From Cetorhinus maximus (Eukaryota): DNA of 64,000 nt. Location: the NCBI RefSeq assembly GCF_964194155.1, contig NC_135907.1:21204001-21268000 (forward strand), written 5' to 3'. This document shows, in pieces, positions 57,400 through 64,000 of this stretch (positions are counted from its first letter, which is position 1; every line of letters begins with the position of its first letter). Position numbers and translations under genes: made by a program. The notes below the pieces were generated by a model, which did not search any database, had not been told where the DNA came from, and saw only the letters and a list, made by a program, of their open reading frames with translations.

Positions 57400-60300
57400 T
57401 GTAGCAATTATAGTTCTGATAAACATAGGACTCTAGATTTAAGAATAATCCTGTGTTGTAAGATCACATGATCTAGGTAAGCCAATGAGTTAGCAATGCA
57501 GGGGAACCTGTAGGGGGGGAAAGTTCTTTAGTTATAGAGTGAGGTGCACACATGTAGTTGCTGCTGCTGGCTTGTAAATAAAGTTTAATATTTCCACAGA
57601 GAAAAGTTGCCTGGAAAGTCAACTGTATAACCAACTGGCGATGAGGATAAATCAGATCCGGTGCTGTCCCTCGCCCAGTGATTGTGAGTATCTAAGATAA
57701 TCAAAAATGAAAAATATGCTCATCCAAGATGCTACAGTTTGGCTGAATCAACCCCTTTGAGCCAGCCACAAATGTCTGGTCTCAATATATAGAACCTCTT
57801 GCATTCTACTTTCAAGCCAATGAAATCACTCAGGAGGAAAAGAGGAGAGCGATTCTCCTGAGCATTTGTGGGTGCGAATTCAAAGCTTGGCAGCCCCCAG
57901 TCCTCCAGATTCGAAGACCCTCAGTGAATTAGTAAACCTTGTTAAGCGACATTTTCAACCGAAGCCCTCAGTCACGACGCAGATGTTCAGGTTCAATTGA
58001 CGGAATAGAACCCCAGGGAAGACCATTACTACCTATGTGGTGAAATTGAAACTGACGTAACATTGTGATTTGGGTGAAACCCTGAAATGATAGTGCCCAG
58101 GGATCATTTGGTCTGTGATGGGCAGGAGGATGCTATTCAGTGAAGCTCGCTGGCTGAAGTGGATCTTGTTTTTAAGACAGCATTAGAAATAGCACTTGCA
58201 ATGGAAAGTGCTGTAAGGGATTTACAAGTGAATCAATGGGCACAAAATGTAGCTGTTTTCCTAGTTGGGTGGGAGCGGTCAGCCAAAAGCGGATGTGAAA
58301 AGCCAGGACTCTGCTGCAAAGTGAGAAACAGCGCCCACAAACCATAAATTTAAAGGAAACAGCTCAACAGCAAACTTGAAAACTAGTTTTTAAATAGACG
58401 CGGAAACAATCATCCGCCTAACAATTGGCAATTTAAAATGGTGGAGTGTTATTTTTGTCACAAAAGAGGGCACATATTGAAACATTGCAAAGCAAAATTA
58501 AAACAGGCTTCCAGGCAACAAACCAAGTTCAATGAAGTCTATAGTGTGGAAGAGCCAGAAACAACCAATTCTGACATTTATTCCTTATTCAACATGAAGG
58601 CTGGGAAGACAGAGCCATGTACTGTCAAATTGCAAGTGAATGGTAAACCCTTAAAAATGGAAATAGACACTGGTGCTTCTACCACTGTAGTAGGAGAACA
58701 CACTTTCAAATGTTTAAATGAAGGTGCTCAACAATTAAATTTGGAACAAATCTCTGCCAAGTTGAAAATGTACACAGGTGAAGAAATCCAGGTAAAAAGG
58801 TATCACCAGTATATCTGTTTATTATAGGCACCAAACAGCACAACTACCAGTGATGGTATTAGAAAGCAGAGGACCAAGCCTTCTAGATCGAAATTAACCT
58901 TTATTGGTCAGTGAGATTTCAAAAGGAAGCTGGAAGAGTTCCTGAGTTGGAAAAGGAACAAGGCAAGAAGGAGCCTGGAGAGTCCAAGGACTGCAGCTGG
59001 ATGAAAAAGGAGTTTGTGTAACCATTCAGCAAGAAATGAAGACCGTCTTAAACAACGAAATGGAAGAACTGCAGAAGAAACTCAAGGAGTCTCTGTTGAA
59101 TGACAGAATTTAAGATGAAGTGAGTGAGTTTCGCAAAGAAAAGGAAAACCTGTTGAAAGACCTTCATACACTACAAGGACCCCTCAAGTCAAAGTTTGTA
59201 CCTCTGGAAAATTACAAAGGGAAACAGGAAGAATTTAACATCACTGAACAAACTGAAGAACCAGTTGGCAGAGAAGATGCAGCAACGTTCAAGGTTCTTG
59301 GAAGAAGCCAAGATACAAGGAGACAGAAGAGCTGAAGAATCAGTTGAAAGAAGCTAAAGAGGCTTTGAAAGCAAAACTGTAGAACTTTCCAAGATGCGAG
59401 TAGATAATGAAATCACGGGTAGCTCAACTACTGAACTAAGACAAGTTGAGACTTCGCCTGAGAGAAGTCTGGCCGGCAGTGAAGTCAAAAAGAAGGCCGA
59501 GACTAAACCGTGGTAGAAAGATGACAAAAAGGAGATTCTGAAAAGACAATAAAAGGTGGGAATGAAAAGGTTAACTGGTGAATCGTTGGAAACTAAACTT
59601 GCCTGTTTCCTATTTCACTACAGAACGACCCCTCACACTACGACAGATGCAACTCAGTAGACTCAGGCATTTACAGCACAGAAGGAGACGATTCGGCCAA
59701 TTATGTCTATGCCAGTCAACAAAGATCTGGCTACACTAATCGCATTTTCCAGCGCTTGGCCCATAGCCCTGGAGGCTGTGGCAATGCAAGTGGCAACACC
59801 TGCAGAGTTACTGATGAGGTGTCGTCTTCGAACAGGATTAAGCCTGATACTTCCCAATTTGGAGGGGAAGATGGAGAAAAGTCCAAGGGAACCAAAAAGC
59901 GACTCATGATTTGCACAGTCATGAGCGACAATTTACTGTTAGAGGAGCAGTATATATGTAAGGATTTTCGGTGGAGGACTGAAGTGTTACCTGGTAAAGT
60001 TAGCTCTGTGACTGGACTATTGTTGTACCAAGTGGAAGTGGAGGGTCAGATCACCCATAAACACGTGGATCGTTTAAGAAGGGAGATAACCAAATGTTTC
60101 ACCTGAAACCATTGCTGACTGAAGTTGCTCAACCAAGGATAGAGATGCCCAATGTCTGTCGGAGTGGAAGACACTGAGCTGCCCGTGCCTAATGAGGTAC
60201 ATGTTAATGCAGTTCCAGAGAATCTGTTTCCTGTCAAAGAATCGGAAGTCGTGGAGCTACAATATTCCACACGGATCAGGAAACCACCCGAAAGACAGAA

Positions 60301-60592
60301 CTTGTAATTTCATGACCTGTGTAAATACAAAGTGTACAGAAAAATTAAAGGGGAAGGAATGTAATTATAGTTCTGATACATGTAGGACTGTAGCTTTAAT
60401 AATTATGTCCCAAGATCACATGATCTGTATAAACCAATGAGTTAGCAATGCAGGGAACCTTTAAGGGGGCAAGGTGAAGAAATTCCTTAGTTATAGAGTG
60501 AGATGCACACATGTAGCTGCTGCCACCTTGTAAATAAAGTTCGATGTTTCCCCAAAGAAAAAATGGCCTGGAAAAAAAAAACAACTCTAACA
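57400..60592 (+). mobile_element. Non-autonomous Ty3/Gypsy LTR retrotransposon
   Basis: LTRs 57400-57633 and 60360-60592 (TG..CA); TSD GCTGT at 57395-57399 and 60593-60597; PBS TGGCGATGAGGAT at 57636; PPT at 60347-60359. Gag WSQYIE..FYFQANEI..KRRAILLSICG; CCHC knuckle CYFCHKRGHILKHC; protease MEIDTGAS; integrase tail FLFHYRTTPH, PAELLM, STRIRKPPER. Inserted in a SINE. Confidence 0.93.
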
Positions 60593-61592
60593 GCTGTGGG
60601 CCTGGAGTTACATGTTGACCAGATTTCCTTCCCTAGAGGGAATTAGTGACATCAGATGGGCTTTAATAAAAATTGTTGACTGTTTCATGGCACCATTGCT
60701 GACACCACCTTTCAGCTTCTTTATTAAAGAAATTTATATTCCAATTTGCTGTGTTGGGATTTGAACCTATATCCCAAGTGATTAGCTTGGCTGCTGGATT
60801 ATTAGTCCAGTAACATTACCACTACTCCATCTCCTCCAAAAGTTTGGAGGATTGAGTGCAAGAAAATATTTCTTATCTTAAACCTAGAGTTTCTGTGATT
60901 TGATTATCTGACCTAGGAATTCTGCAATTTGCTCATCCATGACATTGTGAAGTACAGCCCTTGGAGAATAGGGGTGCAGGCAGCAGTTAAACAATTGCCA
61001 TCCTGCTTAGAAAGGCAGGTTTAAAAAGATGGTTAATGCTTTACTATGTTTACAGAGCTAGAGAGAGAAAAACAGCTTTAGCAACAGTGAAAGGTGTGTG
61101 ATAGACAAATACAGAGACACCTCAGTTGTACATCTTCCTTCTCCTGTCTTGGTGGATGCAAGTCTGAAGCAGATACTCTCCATGCTTACAAGGAGCAAGT
61201 AAAGACATGAATTCAGTGCCCCCTTTCCTCCCCCATTATGCAACTTTGTAAGGAAACTCCATTGTAGCAGAAATTAACAGGTGAAGATTGCAGAAACATT
61301 TTAGAAATCTCCTACAGGCTCCTGAATCAAAGTTGCAAGATGAGGGAATCAGGTTTTGGAAGCTGGGGTGCAGACAGCAGGGAAAATGAATACTTAAGGC
61401 AAGTTTTAATGGGGTCAGATGTCAGACAGCTAGGAATCATGATTCAAATAATCAAATCAGCTTCTGAATTATACAAAAACAAAAATCAGTTCAATGATAA
61501 ATATTTTTATTTCCAAATACAGGAACAGCTCTAGAACTGCAAATTATTTGATCACACATCATTCTATATATGATGGAAATGGATAGAGATTG

Positions 61593-63522
<1,930 letters not shown>

Positions 63523-63645
63523 CTGCAGGGAGACACAAAAACCCAAATATCATCCATGGCTAACAAAATAAAAAGCAGCCTCATGGTAGGCAAGTTACCC
63601 ATTCTCCACCTCGATATCTTCTTTTCAATTAAGGGGCTTACGGTT

Positions 63646-64000
63646 AGTCATTTGGTAGTACAAATCCATCCTGCAACATAGTGGCTGCCCTGCTTGCTGT
63701 ATATTACACAAACTTATGGGACTAAGGCTGCCCCTTTCAGTCCTGAAGAGTGGCCACTATCACATTAGCCTAGAAGGGCAAGGTATCTCAAATTTGATCA
63801 ACACGTGAAGTTAGCCATTTCATGCTGCTACTGCACAATAGCAACAAGTGGTGTTCACCACTAACAGTGCTGCCATCAAGATGTACTGCTGTGGTATAAG
63901 AATTTCAGAGTAATATTAGGTATTTAGGCCATGTTCCAAAGACTGGCAGATCATATCAAACAGTACATCCTTCAACTCTTTGCAACAGGCAAGGTACCGA
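63646..64000 (+). mobile_element. Old Penelope-like fragment in intron 1 of copy 10 (runs off window)
   Basis: Near-identical to 49296-49650. Confidence 0.6.

Noticed and set aside
58438-58827. 129-aa zinc-knuckle/aspartic protease ORF as a domesticated gene
   Set aside because: Lies within an LTR element whose gag has multiple stops and frameshifts.

Overview
Vertebrate genomic DNA, very probably from a shark or other cartilaginous fish (inferred from the CR1, SINE, Penelope and Harbinger repeat types). The window is a head-to-tail tandem array of ten 4-exon ferritin genes on the minus strand: nine complete, and one with exon 1 beyond the right edge. They belong to the fish M-chain / amphibian heavy-B lineage and encode 173-176 aa, all with open frames and GT-AG introns. 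Copies 1-2 are a one-gene duplication. Copies 3-10 are four repeats of a mosaic two-gene cassette of about 11-14 kb. No copy has a recognisable iron-responsive element in its short 5' UTR. Copies 4 and 6 have lost ferroxidase ligand Glu27 (LEL to RRF), and other copies carry distinct changes at conserved sites. Spacers and introns hold CR1/L2 LINE pieces, tRNA-derived SINEs and Penelope fragments with minimal hammerhead motifs. They also hold a Harbinger-like element with an expanded 25-bp G-rich minisatellite, solo LTRs, and a Gypsy element whose pol core is replaced by a coiled-coil-coding insert. All coordinates and translations were read by hand; no database searches were run. Residue numbers follow human H-chain numbering.
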